The translations under genes were made by a program, and so were the position numbers. From contig JAHLTZ010000006.1 of the NCBI GenBank assembly GCA_025786725.1, positions 124,001-188,000 on the forward strand: a stretch of DNA of 64,000 nucleotides, read 5' to 3'. The notes beneath the pieces were generated by a model that did not search any database, was not told the DNA's origin, and saw nothing but the letters and a program-made list of their open reading frames with translations. Source of the DNA: Syncephalis fuscata S228 (lineage: Eukaryota; Fungi; Zoopagomycota). This document shows, piece after piece, positions 13,440 to 27,854 of this stretch (position 1 is its first letter; each line of letters starts with the position of its first letter).

Positions 13440-15405
13440 TTATTCGTCGCCATCTATTAATATAGCCATGTCCGCGGTATCAAGTGGCTTGTTAGATCTT
13501 GATTCATACGAATGGCTAGGACTGTGATCGCTATCAATTGGACTATTTTTCTGCGAACGATCCTCTAGGCCAGAATGCATAAAATGTTGTTGCTGTTGTT
13601 TTAAAGAGTTATCGGGTGTGGCCGAGCAGTGGCGTATTGGTGAATTGGATGCACTTTTATTACCAATACGGCGTACTTGACCATGGTTAATTTGCTCCAA
13701 TTGTGCATAGGCCAGACCATTGGATGTTGTATTGATTACATTTTGATGTGCAATATCAATAAATATGATAACACCATGTCGCAAATGAATAGAAGCAGGC
13801 TCATCCAGCTGTGAAGCCAGTAATAAAACGTGCTTTTTTGTCTGTGGATGAGTACGAGCAATAACAAATCGTTGTGGCAATACACTGCCAAATAGCTTTT
13901 AATATAATAATATTAAGCATTATTATAAATACGGCAACAATAGTAATAATCATTATTATTAAACAACAACTAATAGACTATTACTTACCTCGATGCAAGA
14001 CTGAACTACAGAAATAGTATTTGTATGACTTGGAATAGGAAATGCACCAATAACATCATCGTCTTGACTCATGACCAATAAATCTAATAGTATTCAATAA
14101 TAGTATTCAATATACTATTTGTTATACTATTCATTCAGCTTACCAATATCCGAGTAGGAGAATGATGTATCTTTTAGGAATCATTAGTATCAATTAAAAT
14201 ATTTATTAAATGGTTATAATAACTTACCACTTTGAGATGGCCTTTGACTGAATTGTTCAGTCGATTCAGTACGTGCACGCTTTGATTTTGATGAGAATGG
14301 TGAAGCAATAGACATTGAATCATCAGCATTTTCACTGTGGCTGTTCAGAACTTGTGACGGTAATGGGTTACTATCGTTTGAAGACATAAGAATAGCTTCA
14401 GGTGCTGCAGTTGAAGAGGGTAGCGATGACATTACATTGACAGGGAAATTAGGACCAGAGCCTGAACCTGTTGAATAGGCAGCACGATCATTAACTGGCG
14501 ACGAGCTATGTCCTGTTTGACGCGTATCAGATAGCCAAGCAGAGCCAGGTGTATCCGACATCGAACGTTTCTTCTCCTTAACGGCCAATTGACGAATACG
14601 TTTATTATTGTTATTGATCCAATTCTAATGAATAGCATTAACGACAATATCGTCATATTGGCTACTAATTATCAATTACCTTGACTCGATCATAGCTAAT
14701 ATTCAATTGGTTTGCCGCGGCTTGAATTTCTAAATGACAGCTGGTGCGTGTGACACCGCTCGAATACAATTGACGCAAAAAGGTCAATTGCTCGGGCGTG
14801 AAATTCTCCCGGGCTTTAGTCACGCCACCATGATCGGTGTAAGTAGGTCTGAAATCAGCAGTGGACGCAGGATACTTACACCGTCGTGATTGTTGATCCG
14901 GTGACTGCGCCGATGGCACATCTTGCGACAACAGTCCCGATGCGGCCCATGGAACAGTGGCCGGTGTACTTGGCTCCGACGATGGCGCATGTTTACTTGG
15001 TGAATACGGCGATGCATCAACAGATAATGGCCCAGTCTTCATGGACGTGTTATTAAAGTCGACCGAAGATGGAAAGGGCCGATCGGTATGATTAGGGGTA
15101 ATCTCCGTCACCATATCTTCACTGTGCAGCAATTGTTGGTGTTGTTGTTGCTCTGGTGTCTCCTCGTGCGTGTGGATCTGCGTCGACAAACGCTGCGAAT
15201 AGCTTTTAGCCTCAGTATGATTATGGGCCATATTGGCCATTATGGGCAAATGTGTAGCTCTTAGTGGAGCTGAATCGTTTGATACCAGTGTAACTGCAGT
15301 TGTTGACTCGGCCGTAGGTGTTGGTAGAAAGGTGGGCCCAGTTTCTGATGGCTTGGAATAATCAATGTTAACGGAAGAATTGAAAAATGAATGGTTTGAT
15401 TGCAT
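13440..15405 (-). CDS. Homeodomain-like protein, multi-exon
   Basis: KARENFTPEQLTFLRQLY...IQAAANQLNISYDRVK spliced across intron 14679-14625 to NWINNNNKRIRQ gives the homeodomain pattern (R-x-x-F-T-x-x-Q-L, helix-3 VKNW-x-N). The rest is low complexity. The 5' end is uncertain. Confidence 0.7.
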
Positions 15406-17671
15406 TTTAATCACAACTTAATACAAATGATTAAATATCATTTGACAATTGATCAGTAAAATAAACACGGCTACCCTCGGGGTAAACAGCTGGCAATCAA
15501 TTTAGTGCTAATGCTCAAACAGGGATAGCTAAGAAAGTCTAGTAAATATGTTTCCTATACTAAATGGGATGATAATGATGGGTGACACAACAGATTAGTA
15601 AAAAGTCGATCTCGCATTTACGTCATTTACATCACCAACTATAAATTAGTGTTCAAAAGAGCCAGTAGCAAATAAAAAAAGGCTAAACATTAGATTATTA
15701 GTTACGATGAATAATCGATGGCTTTACATACTTATAAATGGATACAAAGGTTAGATAACGCTCCGAATACTTAATAGCCGGGACAGAAGGTCAATAAGCA
15801 CCAATGGCTAATTGGAGCGTTTATCAAATTGGGAATGGAGTGAAAAGCGCGTAAATGAAAGTAAAGGTTATGGAAAGAAGACAGTGCAGAAATGAGGCCG
15901 ATTGCGCTACTTATAAACTGAAATACATTGCATAAATACGAATATGTCTGTCACTTGAGTGACTAATGCTAACAGCCGGTGTGTGCAGGAGCACAGCTCG
16001 GTCTTACCGCCTCAAAACAGGGTGCAGCAATAATCGAGCTGTGGCGCTAACCGAATATTCTCAATATAGTGGGGCGTGTGTACCAGCACTAAAACTAAGC
16101 TGCCCGACATGGAGTACAGGAGCAGGTCGCGTGTAACATGTTTGTAAAGCCGCAGCTGCATACACAGGATGTCTTTTGGACGTTATACAAGTTGCGGCCA
16201 ATATCTATAGGTCATCATTGCTTTGTACTGGGATGGTTGCCATTGGCACTATACCATGTAAACATCAACTTGTAGCCGTTGTTGTACAACGACCGATGTG
16301 GGAAGAAGAGCATTGTTTGTTACATATGCTTTCGTACAGGTCAATGCACGTGGATACTGCGCAATATTAAATAGATTCTGGTCTTTCTTGCTGGCCTCGC
16401 ACAAAACCCAAAACACATGCTTTGTTGCATATTAGTTTGTCGCTGCAAATCATGCTCCGCATCAAACTTGATTACGGAAAGTGCATCCATATGCCTACGA
16501 CATAGCTCGTTTGCTCACGCACACATGACCTGTCATACGATGAAGAGACATGTAGAGCAATGAACATGACGTGTCGTGGGTGTTGTCGCTGCATGTGCCT
16601 AGCCTGACTTTCTCCTAAACTAACAATGCCAATACATAAAATATTCCCAATATATGCACACTATCGTGCGTGCATACCAATATTTTCAAGAGTTTGCCAG
16701 ATACAAGCTGAGGACTACTTGTGCATACACTCTTTCTTTCTTTCTCATTCTCTCTCTCGCTCTCTCTTTCAATTATGTGTTCTATTTCTTTCTATTTGCA
16801 TACATACACCCATCTACACGCTTAACCATGGCCATATGGTCTACATGCATTAAGTTGTCTTAGCCATGTTTCACACGAGTTATCTGACCTCACATCTCCC
16901 ACAGCACACGATAACTAAGGATAGCGCATTGGATACAAGCGTAACACTTGCATTAGCCTACTTTTCATATAAAAAGAGTACAGTCCAATAATAGAAACAC
17001 AAGTAAATACTAAAGTGCTTTAAATAGATTGATATGCGTGAATCAATGTTTTATCAGTCAGATATAAATTTGACATATGGTATTGCGTATCGTAATAGCT
17101 ATCGTGGATAAATGTATTGTGTACGACATGCAATTAATACAGGTTATGACTATCTAACCAATAAGGAATAACTTGACTATTAAGTAAAAAGGACACCTAT
17201 AGTCATGGCTAGCTGTGTATATATGTGTGTATATACGCTGGAATGAGCAAAAATAAATTAAATGTATAATGAATGTATTGTATAAAGCAAGTAAAAGAAT
17301 GACTACGTCAAGACGTGTCTACTTACGCCGTGTGCTATTGTTTTGTAATTAACAAGTGCAATGCTTAAACGGTGCAATGTCAAAAAGTGTTTTAAGAAAA
17401 TCTAACTATTGAAACTGGTTAACCAAATAAAGTACGTCGCAATAAGACGTTTATAACTAGGCGGAGAGCAAGCGAACAAGCTAAAGTGAGTGCAGTAATA
17501 GAGAACAAAAAGAGAGGAGAGCCGAGAAAGAGAGAGAGAGGATAATTTGTATGTGTGTGCGTGTGTATAGACGATAATGACAATCGGATGAGAATGAGTA
17601 TTGGTGATGAGGATGGGACAAAAGTTAACAAGTAACGGTTGAAGTACTTACTAATGATAATAATAAGCGAA

Positions 17672-17717
17672 GGCTTGTTACTTGGCGATTGGTATCCAAC
17701 TTGCCAAGTAACAAGCC
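17672..17717. repeat. Inverted repeat / hairpin with perfect 15-bp stem
   Basis: GGCTTGTTACTTGGC ... GCCAAGTAACAAGCC, with further partial pairing inside the 16-nt interior. Confidence 0.85.
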
Positions 17718-20700
17718 AAGATTCAACTACGTCCGTGCGCCGGATAGTCCTTTAGCCGTAAGCAGGCGACTCGATTGACAGCGGTGTCAACAAAAAAAAA
17801 GAGTAATGCACCGCTTCAATTGATTTCGCGGCAATAGTAGGACAATGGCTTTTTTCGAAACAAAATTGCAAAGGTGGATACCGTCATGTTGCGCCGTGTT
17901 GCCGAATTACTGGCGATTTGTGATGGGCGGTGGCCATCATCCACAAGCCATATCATATGTTTAAAAAGATGCAACTATTGCATGTGGCCTTCGCATCCTG
18001 TCGCGAGCGACGATCAGTCCTAATTCCAATGCCATCATTTATGCACTGATTTCTGCTGTCTGTATGTCTTTGCACATTGCATGATACGCTCATTACCTCG
18101 ACTGTCCCCAAGGTAATTGAATTATTTATTACGCCGAGGTTGACATGCTAATGTAATAAATCTTTATATTGCATAACCAAATAGCGAGCTATTAGCAGCT
18201 ACTTTATTCGTGTTCCATTAAAATAGCATAGTGATACCAATAATACTAATAATAGTGGTAATGGGTATCATTCAAGCCATTGCGATAATGTGTTACCATT
18301 TGGTCCAATAATAATGAGCCAAATAGTAAACTGGTTTGACATTTCAATCTCGTGTCGAAAACTGAGCTTTTACCAATGGCCAGTCAGTTGATGTTGGCAT
18401 TTTCTTCTGCGAATACCCGTTTTCTATTTGGCTGGCTATTGTGAACAATGGCTGCAAGCAGTGTCGTCATTGCTGCTGGGGCTACGGACATGTGTGTGCG
18501 TGTATTGCGTGTTCGTATTGCATTTTAATTGATAAACAATTCGGCTAGTGCACGTGCGAAATGGTCAACGGATAAACAGCGCCGTTTCGTATTTTTTTCT
18601 CTCTCTCGCTCTATTCTATTTATGTACGGCCTCCGGTTACAAATGCGGTAATATTAGTGGAGTAGCAAAAATAATAGAATTAGCATTAGAATTAGTAAAA
18701 TAACAGTGTAGAGCCTGTTGGGTATTTTTTTTAATGAAACAAGTATCGTCCTTATAGCAAGTTGAACTTGCTATGTGTCAGCTATAGTACTTGTATAGAA
18801 ACCAAGTATTCATGGTGGTGCATCCATTGCTCCTACAAATATCTGTATTGTTCTTTAGGGTTGCCTTTACCTTTGTAAACGCCAAGATTTCTTATCTATT
18901 TGTACGTAGTTTCATGATTATCATTGGGCCTATTATTGAGATAAGGCCGCTTGATTTACAAGTTCAACTTGTACATTCTGTTTTACATATTTACCATTTC
19001 ATATTCCGGCTATAAACCACGCCAAATACACGAATAATTGTGCTGACCGGCTCACTGACTAATACTAACAAGTACAACCGTAACATTCCATTTTCTCTAC
19101 GTTATTCTTCATTCTTTTTATTTTGGTAACACCTCATTGCAAGATTCCACTTCAAATAACCACGCCATTACTTTAAATACTAGTTTTGTCCAACTATTTT
19201 CATTTACAAGTGTTTGCGGTAGCGTTGTATTGTGCTAAACATACAACTTTAACTTTCTTTCGTATTATCCACTATACGCTACAATTAATTGATTACCGGC
19301 CAACTTTTAATAGTAGTATTGTAGCATTCTATATTATTGCTCCACGAGTAGATTATTGGCACGTCAGCCATTATTACTACTGCTACTACTATATTATATT
19401 ATATCATATCATATCATATTATTATTATTATTCGTTTTTTTACGCAACTACTTATATAAAGTAAAAGTAAAGATATTATATAAAAGTAGCTGCCACGCCC
19501 TCTTTTACAGCAAGACAACGAACCACTTTACACTTGTATCTTGTGGTAGTTAGGAAGAGAAGCTATTATCAAGTCTTATCATTGCCATTGTACAAGGTTT
19601 TAACGCGATAGGCGATCTTTCTTTATACTGATACAGTTAAGCACACAAAAGAACACAAACACAAGCACAAGAACACAAGCAGTTATTATTTATCCTACTG
19701 CACTTATAATATATATATATTTATATATTTATATACAGTCATCTAATTATATACAATTTCGACACTTTAATATTGCTCCATTCCTTTTAACTATCGTGAT
19801 TTAGTCTGCCTTACTTGATACCACGCCATTTTAGTTAATACTAACGAGCCATATCACTAATTTGCCCGCCGCCGCCACCATTGCCACCACCTTCGCTCCT
19901 CTTACTCTCTTCTCTCAATTCAATTGCCGTATTCTTTTAAAACTATTTCGGTAAGTTACTGAACATCAATGGGGGAAGATAAAACAACGGTGCAGCAAAA
20001 CACATGCCTACTATTCTAGAATAATAGCCAAAACAATATTTACTCTATATTATACACGAAATGCTGTAACAGATACAACAGTAGATTATTTATAGAGCTA
20101 TCTATTATGTATTATACCTCATTGTATATTTGCATTTGTATTTGTTTCATTATATATCGACTCCTAGTTTGTATCAATAGGACTAAAATGGATGATGCAT
20201 TTATGTTTTGCATTCTTTTTGTAAATTCATACCATTCATGGATAATGGATCGGCAATGATTAAATAACTTGCTACCCCTTTACTTTTTGTTAATGGCCGC
20301 CATTAGGCTCATTATATGGATGCATCTGCTTTTGGTTCTTTGTTGTTGTTCATCATAAGACTTTGAAAGGATTGGCCTAGTAGAGAATAGGTGTTGGTCG
20401 TGTGGTAGAGCGTAGATGTAACCGGCTTGAGGCCATGCCTATGAAAGGGGAGTCTGAGGGAAAAAGTGTATCGGCGATTCGGCAACAATACTTGATCCAT
20501 TGCTAATTCTATCGGCCCGTTGTCGGATTCTATTCACTATTACCATTTCCATTATTAATACATTTACGATAATAATAATGCAATAATGGAATACTAATGA
20601 ATGCCGTCATTGTTCCTTTATAAGAATTCTTTCTCTTTCTATTCTTTCTATTCTCTTGTGTTTATACTAATTGGTCACACACACACACACACAACCACAA

Positions 20701-22528
20701 CAACCACAACAACCACAACTCACACACATATTTACTTGTTTCTTTTATTCCCCCAGTTGATCTCAAACATATTATCATCATCTACATCATCACCATATCA
20801 TATTATCATATAGTTACTATTCTATGCTTACTCGCCTCACACATCAATTCTTCCGTGCTCACTTTTTCTTTTCCTCTTCGCTTTTACTCTTCTTCTTCTT
20901 CTTCTTCTATTTACGCACACGCACGCACGCATGCACGCACGTCTAACCACGCACAACTAAACACACTCACACACGCCTTCTTATCCACACGCTTCTCGAA
21001 CTACTGTTACGGCCATAACATTCAAGTCGTTGTCGTTGCGGTTATCACCTTTTTCTCCTCCATCTAAACCTTGTCGTTGCGTTTGTTACATCTTTGTCTC
21101 TCCTCTCTACCACGTTTGGTCTTAGTTTCATTATTGGTTACTGAGGCTTGCATTTCCCCACCTTCTTTATTCATCTGTTCGCACAAGCTATTTTTATTCC
21201 AGTGGATTTGAGATTCCATATCGTCCATTTTTAACTTACGTGGTTACTTTGTCGTGCTTGACGTTTCAACGTTTCTCTGCCGGTCGACTCCTGCTTTGGA
21301 CTTGGGAGTACGCTTATAGAGATTGTTTATAAGCATACGTGATCTTTTGATATACACTATACACTTTATATGCTTACGCTCGCTGGCGTGTTCAACTATA
21401 CTCGACTGACCCATTACTTTTTATCTAGCCGATCGGCCATTCTATTATATTAGCACAGCTCTGGCAACTATCAGTCCATTTATTTGGTTCAAGTTTATTC
21501 ATTAGGTAGGTTCTTGTAAAGTTGGAAAAGATTGTGTCACGAGGTATATTATTTTTACTAGTCCATTATAGTATGACAGTAGTATTCTATTTAATTCTAT
21601 AGAAATAGTAATATAAATAGCTTTTATCGACGAGTATTAGTGCCATTTACATTATTCATATTATATTTATACTAGTTTATAATATTAATCTACTGATACT
21701 CATCGATCAAAGTTGTATAAATTATTATAGCATTCAATAGAATGTTACTATGATAATATGATACTATGGACTGGTGATTTGTTTTTGTTTTCTGGCCAAC
21801 TGGCGTGTACATATCAGCCATTCATAACACACACCATACACACCATACACACACATATATTGTTATCCAATCTATTTGCCTTGGCTTTAGATTACTCAAC
21901 CGATTGAGTGACTAATACTGAATATGTCTTAATTGTCTCCCTCGTGACCAATCATGGATCATTTATATTATTAAGATATTAACGCTGACTTTTAATAATG
22001 ACACCTATATACACACACACACACACAAATGATTCGCTTATCCACCCGTCCATACCATGGCCACCCATTTCATAATTACCCATGTGTGCTACCATCACTA
22101 CCATAATTTATATATCACTCTATACCTTCAATGATTCACTTCCTAATGTTACCATAGTGCGTCTTTTCTCTTTCTCTCTCGTTCTCGTTATTCATCATTT
22201 AACTTCTTCTATCCGTTGCTATATTTTCATTGTACGCATTCTTTCCTTGCTTGTCTAAACACTATTTGTTTTCTTTGTCTTCGAACGCGCGCGTGTTTGT
22301 CTGTCTGTCTGTGCGCATATATCTGGTATTTCTATTTCATTTAGGCACAGTCTGTTCACGTTATACGAGTTCAACGCTTGTTGCCTAGTTTAAAAGGCCA
22401 GGTGTCAACACATTACAGCATAGGATTATTGAATCTTTTGTTATTGTTTCAAGTGTTTGTTAACTACAACAGCCTTTGAACTGCTTAGAAAAAAGTATTT
22501 TAATCGAAAACGCGTAGCAGTAGCTGTT

Positions 22529-24553
22529 ATGAGTGCTGCGGAAATAGCTACGCGGATGAATACAATGACATCTAGTACTGCCATGGAGTCGGATAATGGC
22601 CAACGACGCAGCTTCCCTGCTTGGCCACTACTTGAAAACCAATCCACAACGTCTGGATCAGAAGGATGTTTAGCACCGCCGTTAACGCATGGCGTGGTGG
22701 TCGACGTAATAGCGATGTAGGTCCTAATGGATCGCGTACACTTTCCATCGAAGCGGCTATGTCGGTTGGAAACGGCAAACTTACGATTGGTGGGATTGCT
22801 GCAACCGATGGTAACACAGCCGGACAATTAGTAACAGCGGCAGTGACTGCAGGCCGTCGTAGAGCCAATTCCGATTTGGATCGTTCAAGTAGTATTATTG
22901 TTGGTGCGGAAAGACCGCTAAGTACATCGTCGAATGTTTCTGTAGTCGACGAGACAGATGATGACGATCAATTGGCTATTAATGCACGTCGCGATCGTGA
23001 TCCAAAAAAATCAGCTTTATACAAAACCGAATTGTGTCGATCATTCGAAGAGACAGGCCATTGTCGTTACAGTGCAAAATGCAATTTGCCCATGGCATGA
23101 ACGAGTTGCGCCAAGTACAACGACACCCGAAATACAAGACTGAGATCTGTAGAACATTTTGGGAAAAGGGCACGTGTCCATACGGTAAACGCTGCTGCTT
23201 TATTCATAATGAAGGTCCAGGCAGTATGCAATTAAGTGCAAATGGTTCATCAGCCAGTCTGGTTAGTGAGACGGCGAGCGATACACCCGCTACAGTAACT
23301 GGATCTGTAAATGTAACGGCTAGTGGCGGTACGGGAGGAACAGCACTTGCTAGTTCATTGGCTGCATTAACCGTGAGTGGCAATGCAAATGCCAATGACG
23401 GTATTGGCTCGTCATCAACGTCAAGTGTTTCATCCTCACCTATGATTACGGCTATGCGTACAAATATACTAATTGGAGTAGTACTGATTTATCCACGACA
23501 CTTACTATGTCGACCATGGCTCCAACTACAGCTACGACACCTACTGTTGTATTATCGAGTCAACATGCCTCACCGGCCGAACAAGCAACTACATCACTAT
23601 TTCCCGATCTTATGGGTGGCAATACTTCACCAAGTTTAACAGCAATGCGTCTACCAGATGCAGTTACCGGCAATATGTGGACACAATCCACTTTACTAGA
23701 CAATAACGACAATGATAATGATCGACAGAGCAATAGCAATAATAACATTTCAATGCCATCTTGTTTACTAAGCTCAGATCTTTTACAACAGCTTGATATC
23801 CGACCTGATGTCAAATCACCACAGCGTTCTCGTGCCTGGACCATTGACTCAATGAACGACAGTGTACGCTATACCGGCACCGGCCCAACTGATAACCGAT
23901 TTGGTATATCTAATAGTAATGTTGATTTATCATCTATAAGCTACAACTCACCTAGCTTATTACCGGCTGCCACTTCGTTATTGCCAGCATCGCCAGCATT
24001 GTCTGCAGCATCGGTTCATTCGACGAATGGAGGCAGTGGCCCACTTACACCACCGGTACTTGGACCCATTGGCGGTGGTTTGCCATCAGCTTCTGCCAAT
24101 GCCAGTGGTGCTTTAGGCATGCTTCCAGTACCTGTTATGGGAGGACTTAGCACATCAGCTCTACGAAGCATTGGTGGACGACCAAGATCCTCATCAGTTG
24201 GCACGAATAATAACAATACTATGGGTAGTATTGGCAGCGGTAGTGGTGGTAGTGGTGGTAATACACCAGTAGCATCTTTATTAGCGTTACAGTCCACCTT
24301 TCATCCGCATTATCAATTGCATCAGCCGCATAATCCTTCGTTGCTTGGTACTTCTAGTTCTACGACTATTGGAGCATCACCAGCACCCATAGGTACGACA
24401 GCAATTGGATCAACAATGGATGCTACTGTTACACCATCGCCCACCATTGCCACTGCCAATGTCAATGCCACAGTAACGGCAACAACAACAACAAACGGTG
24501 ATTCGACAGAACAGCGTCGTTTACCAGTGTTTCGTCGATTTGGTCATTCGTAA
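22529..24553 (+). CDS. TTP/TIS11/Zfs1/Cth2-family tandem CCCH zinc-finger ARE-binding protein; frameshifts near 22690, 23080 and 23460-23500
   Basis: [22 protein letters not shown](Q)FAHG and [28 protein letters not shown] are the two CCCH fingers. The C-terminal RRLPVFRRF matches the TTP-family NOT1-binding motif. Confidence 0.93.
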
Positions 24554-25544
24554 TTCGGTAGAGATGGCTACGTAGACAATAGTAACAACAACAACAACAA
24601 CAACAACAACAAACGGCAACTCAACAACCAATTCTATTGTTATCACACTTGCATTTATTCAATTGCACTTTCTCTTGCAACATACAATCACATATTACTT
24701 ACTTATTTACAAGCATATTATTGCAGCGATCTTCTCTGATCTAGGTTGTCGTCGTCATGTTATTATTACATATCAACTTTTGAATAATGTACACATGCAT
24801 ATGCGATGATACTCGTGTTGACGATAGAAGAGAAGCTGCTTTGTGGCATACATCATCCATATGCGCTACTATGTGTACGTCATCTCTTTAGTTTCATAAT
24901 TCTATTTCATTTCTATTTCTCTATTATTTCCGTTTGTAGGCGTGTGCTGCATGTGCGTTGCCAATGGCTGTATATCAGTATATCTAATATCCACGATCTC
25001 ATTCTCACCATCCACTATCACTCTACTCTCTATCTATTACAGGATGTGTGGGTGTAATGCAGTTCGTATTTTCTTCCTTGTTATCATTGTTCCAAATTGG
25101 TTATAGGCACGATGGGACGTGTAGGAACAATAATATAGATTAGCGTAAGCGATAGAAGGCAGCGGTAACTCGCCTCCTCCTATACAAACGATAGTCCTTA
25201 TTTCACAATAGATATTCATTCGTTCATATTTATCTAGTATAGTTAACATGTGTGTGTATGTGTGTGTCATTGGTGTATTTAATTAATAGTATGAACTGTA
25301 CTGGTTATATATTACTAATACAACAGTGTTTATTCGTGGATTTATTTGATTGCGTCACTGTAACATAGGCCTATTACCATTTGCTATTTGTCATCTACCA
25401 AGCGACAAAACCATTTAAATAGACAGCATGTTTAACAATAAACAGTTTCTCGTTACCCACTTTCAACCGACACTCTAGTCATTTTATTTACTACAGTTCA
25501 TACATTTGTGCGTGTGTGTCCATATCTCTCTATCCACTTGCAAT

Positions 25545-27148
25545 ATGTCTACCACTAACGACACTACCGAGTTTCCAGCTATGAGATATCGCCATTTGGG
25601 CCATTCGGGTCTTAAGGTATCCGTGTTATCCCTTGGTGGCTGGTAAGTATCTATGAAGTGACAGTAAAATAGCAATGCTTACTAGTCAACTACGTCTAGG
25701 TTGACTTATGGTGGCCATGTACAAGAAGGTACGTATAGACGTGCCATGTCAAATAATAATAACTATAATATAGCTAACATGAATATCATGTTTAGACACT
25801 AGCTACGAATGTATGAAGCGAGCCTATGAACTAGGTGTCAACTTTTTTGATACAGCCGAGACTTATGCCAGTAAGTTAGATATATATATATATAAATACT
25901 GGTGATTCTAATGTATGTTATATTAGAGGGTCAATCTGAGATTGATATGGGCAATGTTATTAAGAAATGTGGATGGAAACGATCTGACATTGTTATTTCT
26001 ACAAAGTTATTCTGGGGTGGCAATGGTAAGTTAAAAGAATTAATTGATATTTATAAATAATATAATACAATTAATATTAATGACATGTTATATTTATATT
26101 TATACTCTGTCTAGGTCCAAATGATCGAGGATTGTCACGCAAGCATATTGTTGAAGGACTGAATGCTTCATTGAAGCGTTTACAACTCGAGTATGTTGAT
26201 ATTATCTATGCTCATCGACCAGATCCTGAAACACCTATGGAAGAGGTTGTACGTGCTTTTAATCATGTTATTGATCAAGGCAAAGCATTCTATTGGGGTA
26301 AGTTGTAATGGATAATTGACAGTATATTGTAAATGTTTATTAATGTTGTTATGCTAGGTACAAGCGAATGGAGTGCTGAAGAACTAACTGATGCTTATGC
26401 CATTGCTGACCGTCTCAATCTTATTGGCCCAATAGTAAGTTGATTTGTTAATAGTGCTATTTATTTATATTGAATTATCCTAGACTGAACAACCACAATA
26501 CAATATGTTTACTCGAGAGCGATTTGAGAAGGAATATGCTCCAGTGTACAGAAAGCGTGGTCTAGGTAAGTAGTAATGGCTATATAGATAAATTACAATC
26601 TATTAACCATAGTAATAGGCACTACCATTGGAGTCCATTGGCGGCGGTGTTTTGACTGGCAAGTACAACAAGGGTGTTCCTGAAGGTTCACGTCTTGCTC
26701 AAAAGGATGATGCGCTATTGGCCCATCTCCGTGCGGTCTTGAAACGGAAGATGGCAAGAAGCGTTTGGCCAAGGTGGATAAGCTTATGGTAATTAGAATA
26801 GACTAGACTAGACTAGATTAGTATTGTTAACTAATTAAATGAATCATGTAATATTTAATCTATGATAGGTAATTGCCGAACGTCTCAACTGTAGCTGTGC
26901 CCAATTAGCACTTGCTTGGTGTGTCAAGAACCCACACGTCTCAAGCGTTATTACTGGTAAGTAAATGGCTTTATAAAGTTAATATATTTACATTTCTATG
27001 TTTAATAGGTGCTTCACGTCCCTCTCAAGTTGAAGAAAACATTCGTTCTCTAGCTGTGGTGCCACACTTGACGCCAGAGATTATGCACGAGATTGAAGAA
27101 ATCTTGGAGAATAAGCCAGCTCCAGTTATAAACTTCCGCAACAACTAG
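25545..27148 (+). CDS. Aldo-keto reductase, voltage-gated K+ channel beta subunit (Kv-beta)-like, many exons
   Basis: [125 protein letters not shown]. Confidence 0.95.
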
Positions 27149-27231
27149 ATAAAGCATAGTAGATAAAACGCAATTATCATCATTAAATGGCAATAAAATT
27201 AAGCGTTTTGTTTAACTGTTTATTATTATTA

Positions 27232-27744
27232 TTAAATGGCTACATTCTTTAATGGTTCATCAAAATGTTTTACCAATGCTTCAGCCTATTAAAATATATT
27301 AATAAAGAGGTATAAAGACGTTTAGAATTACCTTTAATTTAAGCATGCCTATTTCGCATTGTGTATTGGCCACTAATGCCACTAATAGCTCGCCTACTGG
27401 ATAGACCATAGCTCGGCCTTGTTCGCATTCTAGCAGTATCCAACGAGCATTATCGCCAGTACTTGACCAGTTTTGGAGACACGCCTCGTAGCCTTTCCAT
27501 ACACTGGCTGCCACTGCTGCTCGAATAGCTGTATCAGCACCGGATGCCGTGGCCGAAGCCAATATGGCACCATCCCTTGTCAATAACCTATGCAATAAAT
27601 AAATACCTTTAGTTTTAACCATACCATAACCAGATAGCTAGCCAACTAACTAACTAATCTATAGTTTATTACGTACAATGCAGTCTCTACGCCACCGGTC
27701 ACTGCTTGTTGAAGTACTTGAGCAATTACCTTGGGTTTTATCAT
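27232..27744 (-). CDS. LAMTOR2: Roadblock/LC7-domain Ragulator subunit, LAMTOR2-like, 3 exons
   Basis: MIKPKVIAQVLQQAVTGGVETALLLTRDGAILA...AAVAASVWKGYE...ILLECEQG...LLVALVAN...GMLKLKAEALVKHFDEPLKNVAI*. Confidence 0.88.
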
Positions 27745-27854
27745 GGTGAATAAAAGGTGCTGTTGTTGTTGTTAGTCGAAAGAGTAGGAAAAAGCGCAAT
27801 AAGGCGACGTTGTTTTATTTTCATGGTTGTTGTTATCTTTTATGTTTATTTACA

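Noticed and set aside
24585-24612. (CAA)n tract and other microsatellites
   Set aside because: Common simple repeats throughout this genome, with no specific structure.
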